Of a stretch of 64,000 nt of DNA, positions 36,501 through 51,500 are shown piece after piece. Position numbers and translations under genes: made by a program. Source of the DNA: Obrimoposthia wandeli (taxonomy: Eukaryota); the NCBI GenBank assembly GCA_977020255.1, contig CDROCS010004090.1, forward strand, positions 62,001-126,000, given 5' to 3'. The notes under the pieces are model-generated. The model had not been told where the DNA came from, did not search any database, and worked only from the letters and a program-made list of their open reading frames with translations. Position 1 is the first letter of the stretch; each line of letters starts with the position of its first letter.

Positions 36501-39500
36501 TAGAATAGGAAGTTGAAGAAAACATATATTGAAGTTGCAAAAAATATGAATTTTTAATTTTCGAGGTAGAGTGATAACCTTCTATAGCCAAGTAATGTCT
36601 GATCATAAGAAACATAATCACGTCAAAGATTCGGAAAAAATTGAATGTCACAAAATTATAACCAATAACAAAAATGATGCCATTAATAGCCAAGATAGTC
36701 CTAGGTTAATTATTGCAAACAATTCTTCAGGCGTTGATCCATTAGTTTCAGTAAAGTTTCCTCCACCAAATGTTATATCCAGAAATATTTGAAATAAAGC
36801 ATCGTTTTATCCTTTCTCTTCAAATTTAGTAATGTATTTACAAATTCCAGAATATTATACAAAAACTCTATCCGATGAATCATTTGTATTGTTCGATTCA
36901 GAACCTGAACCAAACAGGATTTTAATCATTTCAGCCCTTTTTTAAAATTACTCAAACTCTGTTCACATTTATGCATATGGTACTTTCAAACCTTAGGGAC
37001 TTTTATTTCAGCAGCTATATATTTTTCATGGTTTAAAACATAATATATCGATACCTTTTTTGTTGCTTTATTACCGAATTAAAATTAAGTCACATACATC
37101 AAATTAGTTCAAATCATTAAATCTATGATCTTTGACTTTCCCCAATCTTCTCCCATGACAGATTTTGAACCGACAATGATTGAAGCAATTAAAAAGGAAA
37201 TGACTCTTGCAGAACATCGTGTTTTTTTCTTTTTTTACCAATGTATATGTATAAAAATTAAAAGTGTTGGTTTTAAAGAAAGATATCGTAAGGATTTTAT
37301 ATTTGGGCCAAAATTGAGATTATTAAAAGCATTTGTTTCACCTACTAAAGTTATTAGTTATTTCGATTACATGTACAATGCAAATGAATTTGGTGATTAT
37401 TTTCAATTATTTTAAAGATACATGGATAGGCAGCTCACAAAGAAAGGAAAGCTGCAGGAATCCTAAATCCACCATAAATATGTGGAATTGCTTTGATGCT
37501 GTTCATATAAATATTCCCAAAACTAACAATATTGTTGAAGAATGGCACAGGGATTTCAACAAATCATCCAAATATTTGGAGATTTATTGAAGCTCTTAAG
37601 AATGAGCCAAGTTTCAATGAACTCAGAATCCAACATTGTTATTCTGGCATCGAACCACCGAGTCAGAAAAAAAAGTTATACAACCGACTATATTAATTAT
37701 GGATCAATTATCAATGATAATTTTGTTTAATATAATGCTTTTGTATTAGCGTCAAATTTTAAGATTTATTTATTGTACACATTTCGAAAGGAAAAAAATT
37801 GCAATGTGATTATAATAATCTAAATTATTATGTAATACATGATTTTGACCACTATTAATTTAAACTATAGATTAAATAAATTAAATGTTTTTTTATTATG
37901 AATATGAAAATTAAGTTTTAAAATAACAAATTCGTAATTTTATGTCTTAATAATACTAGTGTTTACACATTAAATTCTAAAATATTACCAAATTATATTA
38001 TATTCGAAAAATTTCTACTCTAAAATTAAGTTATTCTAAATTATAACATTATAAAATATTAATTTCTAAATTTATTACATTCAACAATAATGATTTCTAA
38101 AATTTTACTTTCTGAAATAATACATGCACCCTACCAGTGATAGTTGTGATTTGTAATTATCAACAATATTTTGAATCGTTTTCATTCTTTTAAAAAGTCA
38201 TATTCGATTGGAATCAAAATTGTATCGTTATTTACAAACCACATTTCAAAATTATCTCTTTTTAATTGGTGTAAACCGTGGTAATATTTAATCGAATGTT
38301 TGCATTTCAGAGTGGGAATTGAGTTTCCAGAAAGTGAAAAAGAAAACAAGTAACTTTTAATTTTTTTCTTGTAACCTTAACTGAACTATTAAAGAAATTG
38401 CAGCATTTTAATCACGAGAATATTTATTAAATCGCAAGACGAAGAGTTTAACTTTTATACAGCCATAAATACTAGAATATTGGGACTAAGTGGCTCAGAA
38501 AAAGACACTTTCTTAGACATACCATGTGCAGCAAAGGACCTAGAATACATGAATCCCATCAATGAGATATCCATTCGACACATGCGAGGTAATTAAATAT
38601 AATATTCAGAACTAAAATATAGGAGACTGTAGCTCAATCATTGTGGCTAAATCATTCAATAATATTTGTTAGTATGTGCACAATAATTATTTTCGATAAA
38701 ACAAGTATATAAAAGTATATGCTATATTTTGTAGTTAATTTTGGTTAATTTTATGTTATTTGTCAAAGTATGAGTCCCAAAATGGTCGAATGATAAATAT
38801 AAATTGAGACAATAAAAATATTATAATTTTCATAACACCCACAAATTCAGTTGCATAATCACATCTTAAATTATGTTAGATTTTCGATTTGTCCACTTTT
38901 TCCCGAAATAACAGCTTTGAGACTAGACGAAACATTATCAATAACTAAATTAATTTGGCTTTGAAATCAGCCCCTTTCTTAGGACACACTGAATATAAAC
39001 TTTAATGTAACTTCCGTGATGCTAAGTACTACGTTGAACACATTTTCACTTCCCGTTTTTCTATTAGTTCAAAATATGTAGTGTTAATTGAGATTATTTG
39101 TATGTGTGCAGAAATGGAAAACTTTTACACTATTGTAATTTATTCTAAACCTCACCTGAATATATGTGAATAAAATGAAATAAATTGCAGTCACATTATT
39201 CAAGATATTGTCTTTTCTGATTTGTGTTACTTGTTAGTTGAAACTACTGGAGTAAAGAGCAGATTTCCCAATAGAAGCTTATTTGTTAAACGAGAGTAGG
39301 CAAAGAAAGGAAAGCTTGCCAATGAAAATTTGAAAAAAAACAAGTCATTGGTCATTGTAAAATTTGTTACGCTTTACGTTATGCTATCTATATAACTATA
39401 TAGGAAAGCTAATAAAATCATGGATGACATGTGGAAGTGCCAGCATAGTGCGACGCAGTGCGTTAGCACTGTCTTTAAAAGTTTCACAATATATCCTAAG

Positions 39501-42500
39501 AGCCTAGTGCCATCACTGTTGATGAAAGTCAGTAGAGTACTTTTAATGTGAAAAAAGACATGCATTGTATCAATAAATTAATATTATTTCCTCTAATATA
39601 AAGATAAAAATAATATTGTTTGTCAAATTCTAACTTGCAATATCTCGATATCTGCCGTGTTATAAAAAATGAAACGTTATATTATTATGAAAAGTGCAAA
39701 ACAGTGTTGAAAAAGATGTATGAGATAAATATTATAAGAATCTTCTGAAAATCTTAGATGATATCGAAAGTCAAGCGTGATATGAATTTATTGGAAAGTA
39801 AAGTTATCCGGTTGTTTTCGAAGGCAGTAATGTATTTTTATTTGAAATAATACATTTTCATAAAGTATTAAATGCGAATGATTATTCAAGTCAAGAAAAC
39901 CTTCCACGTACATTCTGTATAATGAAAATTTGCTTTTAATGTAATAAAATGTCGAAATTTGATTTAAAATATCACAAAAAACAAGTCTGTATTCTGTCAA
40001 ACCTACTTTTTCTTCTTGGTCGGTGTTGTAGGTAACATATTTTACGAATGACAATACTTGTTAATGCACATGTACTTTTATCTACAAAGATGAAATACCC
40101 CTGTATGGGTTGTAAAAAAAATCTGTCGCACACACCCCGGAGCATTAAAGATAAATATGCAGTCAAAATGAATTGTTCACATATTTTTTGCACTGCTGCT
40201 TAGTGAATGTAATATGGTAATTCTGTTATGCCATTTGTGATTAACTTATCCATTATGATTTATCTGGGATTTAGAGGATTAACAACTTCAACTCTGTCAC
40301 AGGTAATAAACTTATATATTTTAAGTAAGTAACTTTTCAATTTTTAGCGAGTGTAGTATGCGTGGTCAGCGACTTAGTGCTCACTCTAGGGCAAGACTTA
40401 TGATGATGACTAGACTGAAATAAGTGATGAAGCATAAATGTTCAATGAATGAGTAGCTGCATGTGATAATGACAGAAAGCTGCATGTGAAAGAAGATTAT
40501 GACTTTCCCAACGTTGAAGAAGTTGACAGCAATGGCGATGGCTAAGGCAGCAAATACGAGGACGCGGCACACTTGACGTCGTTCATAACAACATCAGCCA
40601 TTGTCAAACGCAGGCACAACGATAACTTGTCCAAAATTTGATCTTCACGCTTTTAAGATTTTCATCTGTGGTTCATGTTTCGTAAAATTCTGAGGCTTAC
40701 CAATAGAAAATTGACTGCCTTTAGCAGAGCGGCAAGGCGGCTTTATCACTTAGGGCCGAAATGCTACTTACGAAAAAGAAAAGCATTTTAATTTTATTTA
40801 CCGATGGCCGGTCCCAACCCCGAGCTGTTTACATAAAATAGCTCAAATTTGATAATGTTGATGAATTATTTTTTGAAATTCGTGATGAAAAATGTTTAAT
40901 ATTCTGTTTAAAGGTAATAAATATATTTTATGAAGGTCACCTTGTCAGATTGAACACCTGCTACATTGAATAACTTTATGCTGACAAATAATTGGATATA
41001 TCTTTCATTTAGAATTGACAGAATATGATATTATGTTGTGGAAATATGACTCTCAGTTCATTAATGTATCCTCGACTGTCTTCGTGCAAATGTTTGGTCA
41101 AGTTGGAAAGTGGACACGGGTTTTCAAGATTTCTGACTTAAAGAAAATTACCTTTGATTCAACGGACGTGTTTAGGGTAATTTTTATTTTTGAGATTTCA
41201 ATTCAATATTTTTTTATTCTTATATATTGGTTCATGAAAATTCTTCTACATATATATACATATAAACATTGCCAAAAAAAAGTACTACACCTTATAAAAT
41301 AAAGCACACTTGAATAATGTTTCAACTGATAACTGATGGGATATATGATATCAAATTTTAACGCTTATTTATTTTAAACGTTAAATTATTACATTTTTAT
41401 TAGTTTAATCAATATCGTAAGTTTATTATGATTTATTAGATTACTATACATATGTATGTACTTTAGACTTTTTTTTCTGATTTAAAAAAGGCCGTTTAGG
41501 TATGTTAGAATCATTTTATTGTTAATATGAAAAAATTAAAGATATTCTCATTGAATTAACTATTGAATTTCACTTACAGTATCGAATGATACCTTTATTC
41601 TATCTGCCTATAGTCGAGGTGGGAACGTAATGATTTAGAATGAAATCTGGATTGGAGGGAAAATATCTGCCATCACGATCGAGAGAGTTTTAAATGCCAG
41701 ACAATATGTTTATAGTATCCTGCAACCAGTTATTAAGCTAACATCCTTCCAACTCTCAGTAATTCAACAAGACAATGCAGACCACAAGCACATATAAGAT
41801 TCCTGGAAAATTTAAATATCAGCTCTATTTTTGTTGTAATGTCCAGCTCTTTCTCAAAATCATTATCCAATTGAACATGTATGGGACGTCATAAAAAGAA
41901 AACTAAATCTGTCCCACAATCTGCCTACACTCTTACATTCACTGGCTCAACATGTAGAGGCATGGAATGGTGTTCTTCAAAAATCAATATATCACTTAAT
42001 TTGTGGCATTGAGGAAAGAGTGAAGAAATCCATGAATCACATTGTTGATCATACTCGATAAAATAATTTGTATTTTTTTCGCATAAATAACCCTTTACCT
42101 TTTGATGAAAAACACAATTGCTTCGACCAGATCTCAATTGATAAATAAAACTTTAGAAGTTTAGTATGTTTTTGAATTTTTAGGAAATCATGTTTTAAAG
42201 ATACAGCAAAATGTACAAAAAATGCTTGGATACTTTGAATAAAAATGAGCGTTTTATCATGTAATCTTTGTTGTCGATTTTTTCTTGGTTGCTATACTTG
42301 TGACACGGTTTAAATTCAATCAATGACTCTTTCTTATCAGATAACTTTGGTGTTTTTAAATTTTAAATTACGAAATTGTATAATTTAATTTTACTATTAT
42401 AAATAAATATTTATGTAGCTTTTACGATGTAAATAACTTAAAAATTACCATAATATCATAATTTACACGTGTTGCTATGGTTTTGACACGGGTTATAATC

Positions 42501-45500
42501 GAATAATATTTTAAATATTTTGAGGATTTATAATTATGGCAGAAACTGTAATTTAATATACCTTTTTCTCTTTTAAATCACAATTATAATTTGAAGAAGT
42601 AGATAAGGCACGGCAAAATTATATAGTAATAAATCTTATGTCTATCACTGTTGAAGTTTTATAGGTAAAATTAATTTTATATCAAATTTAGCACTTATGA
42701 TTTTTATGAAATAACAATTAATTTTTGTTGTTAATTAAAATTTTATATTTTTATATTACATTTTTGAACATAATAGTTAAATAATATAATTTTATTAAAT
42801 TAAACAAAGTGTTATTTTATTTATTTTTATTTTATATTTTACATTATATTATATAATTTATTGTGTATTTATTAAAAAATACAATACTATATAATTTGTT
42901 TATAAAATTGGTTTTGAGCTGGTAAAAAAATTATAAAATTTTAATTATATATAAAACAGATTTTTCAATATTTAACTTGTAAAACTTTTATATCTGCCTT
43001 AAATTTGTATCTAACTTTAAATTCGTTACTGTTGCTTAGTTAAAAGGAGTTTAAAATTGATTTTTCTTTTAAATGTTAAATGTTTCTTCATTTCGTAATT
43101 TTTTTCCAGTCAATCCTAATATTTAAATGATTGTTTATATTTTAATTAAAATTGAAAATGATTTTACAAAAAAGAATTATATAAAGTTTAATAAAAAGTT
43201 ATTATTAAATAAATATATAAAATTCTTAGATTAAATGTAATAATTTTACCAATTAATTAAATTAATCTAACTAAATTCCAATTAAAACACTTATTCTACT
43301 TGTGTTATTTGTTATATCCATTCTTTAACATGATTATTGTTCGTAGATTGGACTTTATTTTCCTATACCACCATTTCGAAATTTGATGTATGTAATTTTA
43401 AATCGAAAGTTGTATCAATTTTTTATATTGTTCAGGTAAATATTTCCAAACAAACATTTTTAAAAATAACTTAACTAGAAATACCTTTTAAAAAATATTA
43501 TGTATAAATTCATTAAAAATAACCCTAAAATTCCAACGAATAAAATACAAAAATCCAAATTTTATTAAAAATATGGTGCACAGTATATACGAAGGAGCCT
43601 AAAATCAAAATCTATTTCGCATATTTTGAATTGTCTCAATAATTCTAAAAATGCAGTTGGTATTTCACCAATATCGCTTTTATTGTCGTCTTCATCATTC
43701 CAGTTTTCATTGCCATGGTTGATTATTTTCTTAACAATGATTTAGCTTTTCAAATGCAATTAATAAAAAAGGTCTGACACATCCTTACACGTACTGTTGG
43801 AGGTTTGGCTTTTCATAACTTTCCTCCTTTAGTGAATAAATGAAAGGCATTGATCATTCCTTCACCATGTTCCAAATGTTGGCCTGAATCGTTTGTTGAC
43901 AGATATTTCTAATGACTGTAATATATTTGTAAGATCTCCAGATACGACTGTAATAAAGTAATATAATTTTGCACAATTCTTTCCACGTTCAGCAAATGTA
44001 ATAGAGTATAGTCATAAATAAAAAAAGACACTGGTTTATTTTTTTATTTTAATTTTAAAGCTTTAATTAAAATATAAATAATAAATGAAGATTAAAAAAA
44101 TACGTAAATTAAAATAAACAAAAAGAACTAATTGTATCATTCATTTAATTATGGCGTCATAATTGGATAATATTTTAGTAAGCATTACAAGGCTTTCTAA
44201 TATAATAAAATTCTTAAGGTGCAAATCATTCACGGGTGCATATTATAATCGGAATTTTAGGGTAAGTCATTCAAAAGATTGTTCCAAAATTGGAACAATT
44301 CTTATTAACGAGTTAATTGCATTTTTAATGCATAAAATACTACAAGAAAAATATTCATTGAAGTCATTGTTTGGATCGATGTTTTACTTATCTAAATTTA
44401 CTACTCAAACAAATCTCTCTTCAGGTAACAGGTCAGAATGTTGGACCCTTAAAGAAGATCAGAATATGGCATAACAAAGCTGGAGTTGCTTCTGCCTGGC
44501 ATTTAGAAAAGGTTGGATATTAATTTAATTTTTTAATGTGTGGTAAATAAATGTTGAAGGTAATATTATTTTCAACATAAACTATCTTGTTTCCTTCATT
44601 GAACAAATTGATTAGAAAAACAATAGTAAAAATTCTTGATTGAAAGATCTCATTTTTAAAAAGTGAAATACTCAAAAGTTTAATAATTTTCGTTAAATAA
44701 TAAAATTGACAAAAAAAAATTCTATATATATTTTTTGATTTAAATGCAAAAAGTGCTGGTTCAAGCTAAATAAAAATGTGTTGGTCTTTGTTCTCTTTAT
44801 TTAATACCGTTCATCTGAACAAATGGATAAATAGGTATACTTAGCATTATAATTGCAAAACGAACTTAATAAAGAACTTTTTCATATTTTAATCTAAACT
44901 AAATATTTTAATATCACTAATTAAAATTTCATCGTGTTGAAAAGTTATTTTTTCGACTAAAAAATACTGTTACGTTACTTAATGTACTTTTAGTTTCGAG
45001 ACTGTTTTTGTTGCTCTTAAAAGCTTTGAAATGTAAATGTTGACTTTATCTGATAGGAAATACTTCAAGTTGAATTTGTATAAATGAATTTGTATTAAAA
45101 CATAATTCTTAATCGCTGAAAAATTGTTGTTAATATGAGCTAGCCGAGAATCAATCTTCTCTCTTTATATATAGGCCTCGAGGTAATTAATATAGCAAAC
45201 CCGTAACGGATATTATGTATAGTTTAAAATGCTTGATTGATTGTGTTAAATTTTTTCAAAGTAGTATATAGTATCGGTACTAACTCAAAGGAACAACATG
45301 GTATTGCAGTAAAAGGTATATTGTCATTTTTAGACAGAATGTCGTTAAAATGTATAAATATAGCTTAAAATGACTCAAAATGACTCAAATTTCTACCTTT
45401 TTATTTCAAAATCTATTTGAGTTCGTATGTGTGATTTCCAGACTTGACCAAAAAGTCTTGAAATCGCTCATACTAACTCGATGGTAATAGGTCCCCCCAA

Positions 45501-48500
45501 GGGGTTACATTTTACCGTAAAAAACATTTTTGGCGTTGTATGCGTGATTTCAAGATCTATTTTCACATATGGCGTTAAATATCTTACTGTTTAAAACAAA
45601 ATGTGATTTCAAAACCATTTTCAAATATGGCTCTAAATATCTTTTCCGTTTTAAACAAGAGTAGATTTTGAGTAGATTTTAAGTAGATTTTAAGTAGATT
45701 TTAAGTGGCCAAAGTCTCCCTTACGGAGCCTCCTAAGAGGGAAGCCCTTCATCTGAAGATTTGGCAGCACCTTTGGCAAAGATTATATGTTATATTAATT
45801 TTGTTTATAGTTAAAGAATAATAAAATCAATTAATTATTTATTCATATAATAAATAACATTTAAACCAATAAATCATTTATTCATGTGATACTTTGATGT
45901 TAATGATATTGATATTCTTTAGGGTTGGTTCGAAGAGGGCTAAAGTACCTAGAGTCATAATGATGAAATGATTTTAAAACTAAAGTGTTTCGATTATATA
46001 AAAACCTAACTTCAATATAATTGGTCAACTAATCAAAATAATCCTATATAATAAATAAAACGATTAAACACAAATGTTCTTTATCATTATGTGTTAAAAG
46101 TAATTTAGGAGTTTTTGAGTTTGGTGGACACATCTTATGTGGTCCAATAGGTAAGTCATCAACTTTATCATGTATACAATCCGGATTATGTAAATATACT
46201 TCAACAAGAAAACCCCATACGGTTTTACTTAAATCCTTTTTACTTCCAACTAAATTCAAAATATAATCAAAATTATCATGCACCCATTTAAATTCCATAT
46301 GTGTTAAAGGTTGACTTAAAGCCCATCCGTATAAGTTATTCCTATCTATATAGAGAAGTGATGTATTATCATCGGACTTACAATAATGTTTATTAACAAA
46401 AGTCATACGTCCTCTAATACCTGCTTAAAAAAGATTAAACATTTCCGGATCATGTAGCAATTCTACTTTATGTTTTAATGATTTTATTGCACTACACCAG
46501 CTAAGACCGGGAATACTAATGAAATTAAGAGCCTCAAGATTATCATCCGATCTAACTTTTTGTCTAAAAGCCTCAAATACATTAAAAAGTAAGTATACAT
46601 CAAGACGCATATATTCCATCATATAGTCTTTAATATTAGTGTAAGCTAGTTTTGTCCACATTGTATGAGCTAAATTATATTTATCATCTGTAACACTATC
46701 AGGAAATTCACATTTTGGAGGTAATCTATCTTCATACAACTTAGATTCACTGGAAATATATTCATAGGGAAAAACACCTTTACTAGATATCAAATCAATA
46801 CTAAAATATCTTGATGTATACGGTGAACTTGGAAGATAATAACCAATCTTTCAAGACTAGTTGTTGTAAAAAGATATGAATCTAAAAATTTCAATGTTCC
46901 AGTTGATAATTCTATTTTGAGAGCCATAAACTTTTCACTAGATTTGGGTATGATTGAATAACTTTTCCCTTTTAATTTTGCAAATTTTAAAATATGATGA
47001 ATATCATAATCCATTAAGTTGTGAAAAAGTACTGGTAATATAAGTCTATTACCGAATCTACGATATAAATTACATTTATTACATGCTGCACCCAAGAATA
47101 CACCTGAAATATGATCATGATCCCGTACTAAATCTCTAGTGATTTTATAACAAAGGTAACATATGCGACTCTCTCGAAAAGCTAACCGATTTTCATTTGT
47201 ACATTATTAGCGGTGTATGCATATTATTTCGCCAAAAAGGTGCAACAATTTCATTAAGAATTTCCGTTATTTTATCAATAAAGTTGGTAGCACAATCTCA
47301 ACCGAAATACGAAAAGTATTCTATTGTGTCAGTAACATTATTTTTTAACAACATTCCAACTGCAATAGGAGTATGTATATGTTTAACATACACATCAGGT
47401 TCTAAAATACTTTCAAAATCAGCGTAAACTACAAAAGGAGGTTGAACTGACTTTGACCAATCTGTGAATTCACAATATTTATTATCCGGCATAGTGAATA
47501 AAGTTGTAGTATCAGTATTAAAATTGCAATGGATTTTATGTTTATCATAATCAGCCCCAGATCGAAAACCAAAAAGACATTTCGGACACCAGTAAAGGTG
47601 TAAACCATAACTATGACAATTAAATAATCTATTTAATTTAGGAACACTACAATAATGATAAGTGTTACAGTCTTCTAACAACAGTAAATTAACAATTTGA
47701 TTACATTCCCGTAGTTTTGTTAGGTAAATTATACTAACATCAGGATTTTTCAACACATCTTTAATCGGGTTTTTTTTTTTAATTTCAGAATACTTAAAAA
47801 CTGTAATTGATATTTGGTTATCACGTTCAAATTGAGGTATTGAGGCTAAGGGCATAGGACCTGGCTGACATTTTAACTCATTTAAATATTGACTGTAAGA
47901 AGATGATCGATCTCTATTTTGAACTTCATTATCATTTTTTAATACGCTAAGGATAGCATAGAGAAAACATTTATTATCGCTGTTATTTACATTGATTATT
48001 GCTCTTTTATATACTAATTTAAGTGGTGTTGGTATATATGAAGAACCCGAAACCCTAGATAATTTAGTTAATTTAAAGGAAATTTGTAATATTTTATAGA
48101 TTGACCAACCACTACTCAATTCCGAGTAGTTTTCAATACAATTATTTAACTTATCAGTTCTAATAACAATAAAATCATCATCGAAAACTGCAGCCTTACA
48201 ACTAAAACTCCATGTTTTAAATTGGTTTTCTATGTTTACAAATTGAGATTGAATACCAAATTGGATTTTACAAGGTCCAAATGCATTAATTTTATTTAAT
48301 AAATCATTTTTCATATCGTTATTAATAACCAGTTTCAGCATATTCTGGTAAGATGTAGTATCTAAAATAAGATTATCTTGAAGTGCATCACCTATTTGAG
48401 TACTTGTTATTGCTTCAAGGTCTACAGTTGCTATAAAATCATTATGTAATTCATCAACAAATGGCTTTTCATGTGTATAAAGTAAATCGTTAAAATCTAG

Positions 48501-51500
48501 AGATTCATTTAAATACTTATCTAATTCATTATCATCATTTAAAAATGAAGTGAAATCAAAATTAGGAGGAAATGTTGGACTATTAGGACGTGACCAACTA
48601 TCCACAACTTTGAAATCAAAATTATTATCCAGATTATCAACTGGTAGTATATTATTAATTGTTTCTAGTTTTATAACTTTATTACTTCTTGAAAGTGATG
48701 AAGATGATGATGATTTACGTTTATAATTTGATTTCTTGGTATTAAAGTAAGTTAAATGATTTTTATAAATTGAATAAAAATCTAAATATTTTATGTTTGT
48801 GAACAATATATCACACGAGGGACATATGTACCCGTTTTTAAACTTATATATTTTTCCATTACATCATGACAATTTAAGTCATGACAATTATTAGTACAAT
48901 AGTTATAAAGTTTACATGGTGGTGGGGAACCACCAAATACTTTAGGAAAAATACTTATTAATACGCCATCAAACAGTACATCAACTAACCTATCCTCAAA
49001 GTTAAATGATGTACCTAAACGACTAAAATATAATTTTTGGGTTCCATATATTGAGTAAATTTTCTCAGCTAAGTCTTTTATTAGAGCATCTTGAGTAAGT
49101 TTAATAACTTTAAAATAATTAAGTAAATTTGTGTTGATATTCATAAAACGACCATTAAAACTACAATTAACACCAAACATTTTAGGAAAAAACGGTGACA
49201 AGTACTCCGTCATACAAGACATCAATAACCTTGTCACAAAAATTAAAAAACTTGCAATTTTGTTTAAAATATAATTTGCGTGAACCAAACGCAGTATAAA
49301 TTTTTTTCAGCCAGGTCCCTAATTAGTTTATCAGGTTCAATTTTTATTTGTTTAACGGCATGCAATAAATCAGCATGAAATGTCAATTGTTGTAGCTCCT
49401 TTTTAATTTCCTTCTTTTTAAAACGTCGTTTTAGCTTATCTTTAAGACGCTTACCCTGTTTACCTAGCACTTTAACTTTAGTTATCGATTCTGCGTTAAT
49501 ATTATTTCGTGCATCACGATGATAATTTTTATATGGGGTTTTACTATCGCTATTATCAACTAAAAAATGTCTTATATCCTCGAAAGGAGATGTGTTTGGG
49601 CTTCCTAACGGTGTAACTGGATACTGTTTTTTGAATGAGAAATATTTAGTGTTATTACTGTTGTTGTTATTTTTAAAAGTGGATGATAACACCTCTATTA
49701 CGGAGCCGCCTAAAGCGGGGAGCCCTTTGTCCGTAGACCGGGCATCAATGTTACCATTATTAAAAAAATTAAAGTTTGTCATTATAAAAATATAATAATA
49801 GAGACAAGAGAGAGTCAAGGAGGCAAAAGAGATAATCAAATCAGGTCAGTTTCTAAAAAACTTCAATTTCTCAACTTTTCAATCGAATTCTCAACTTTTC
49901 AATTAGCAATTTCCAATCAAATTCAACTTCTTCAATTTTTCGTATTTCTAATAAATAATTCTAAATAAATCTGAATAAATGATAAAATAAAATTCCTTAC
50001 ATTAAAAAATCGTCAAACAGGTGCGATCATTAATGATAATATCTTGTTTATATACAAGATCAAAATACTGCAACGTAATATTTCATTAAAACAACTTACT
50101 TAAAAAAAACTATAATAAACGCCTACAACGTTGTATATTTTGAAAAATTCTTTTTTCAAATTTCTATTTTAGTGTTTGTAAAATTATTTTTTAAATCTTT
50201 AATATCATTTAAAATATTGTTTTTTAAATAAAACTCTTTACATAATTTAAATTTATATAAATTTTATATTCTAAAAATGTAAATAATATTTTAAAAATTT
50301 ACTTTTAATTGTTTGATTTATGTAATTTAGTATGATCATACAGTATTTTTAGAAATTTTAATTTTGAATTGATATTTTTTTATAAAGGTTTATCATTATT
50401 TTTATAAAACTAATTTGTAAACGATTGTAAAACATGTAATTTATAAATTTATTAACAATTTATAATCTTTATAAATATACTTTTATAAAATAAGTCGTTA
50501 AATAAGTCGAATTTATTTTTAGTTGTTTGTTTTATGTAATTTAAGATGATCATACAGTATTTTTAATACTGATACTACAACTTTATTCACTATTAATTCA
50601 CTTAAACATATACATACTCCCATTGCAGTTGGAATGTTGTTAAAAATAATGTTACTGACACAATAGAATACTTTTCGTATTTCGGTTGAGATTGTGCTAC
50701 CAATTTTATTGATAAATTAACGGAAATTCTTAATGAAATTGTTGCACCTTTTTGGCGAAATAATATGCATACACCGCTAATAATGTACAAATGAAAATCG
50801 GTTAGCTTTTCGAGAGAGTCGCATATGTTATCTTTGTTATAAAATCACTAGAGATTTAGTACGGGATCATGATCATATTTCAGGTTTATTCTTGGGTGCA
50901 GCATGTAATAAATGTAATTTATCTCGTAGATTCGATAATAGACTTATATTACCAGTACTTTTTCACAACTTAATGGGTTATGATATTCATCATATTTTAA
51001 AATTTGTAAAATTAAAAGGGAAAAGTTATTCAATCATACCCAAATCTAGTGAAAAGTTTATGGCTCTCAAAATAGAATTATCAACTGGAACATTGAAATT
51101 TTTAGATTCATATCTTTTTACAACAACTAGTCTTGAAAGATTGGTTAGTTATCTTCCAAGTTCACCGTATACATCAAGATATTTTAGTACTGATTTGATA
51201 TCTAGTAAAGGTGTTTTTCCCTATGAATATATTTCCAGTGAATCTAAGTTGTATGAAGATAGATTACCTCCAAAATGTGAATTTCCTGATAGTGTTACAG
51301 ATGATAAATATAATTTAGCTCATACAATGTGGACAAAACTAGCTTACACTAATATTAAAGACTATATGATGGAATATATGCGTCTTGATGTATACTTACT
51401 TTTTAATGTATTTGAGGCTTTTAGACAAAAAGTTAGATCGGATGATAATCTTGAGGCTCTTAATTTCATTAGTATTCCCGGTCTTAGCTGGTGTAGTGCA

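Noticed and set aside
39370-40640. Several 60-90 aa ORFs on both strands
   Set aside because: No recognisable domains, and the alternative frames are full of stops; they may include unresolved host exons.
43600-43960. Minus-strand exon-like segment
   Set aside because: It has an internal stop and no recognisable homology, so it cannot be assigned.
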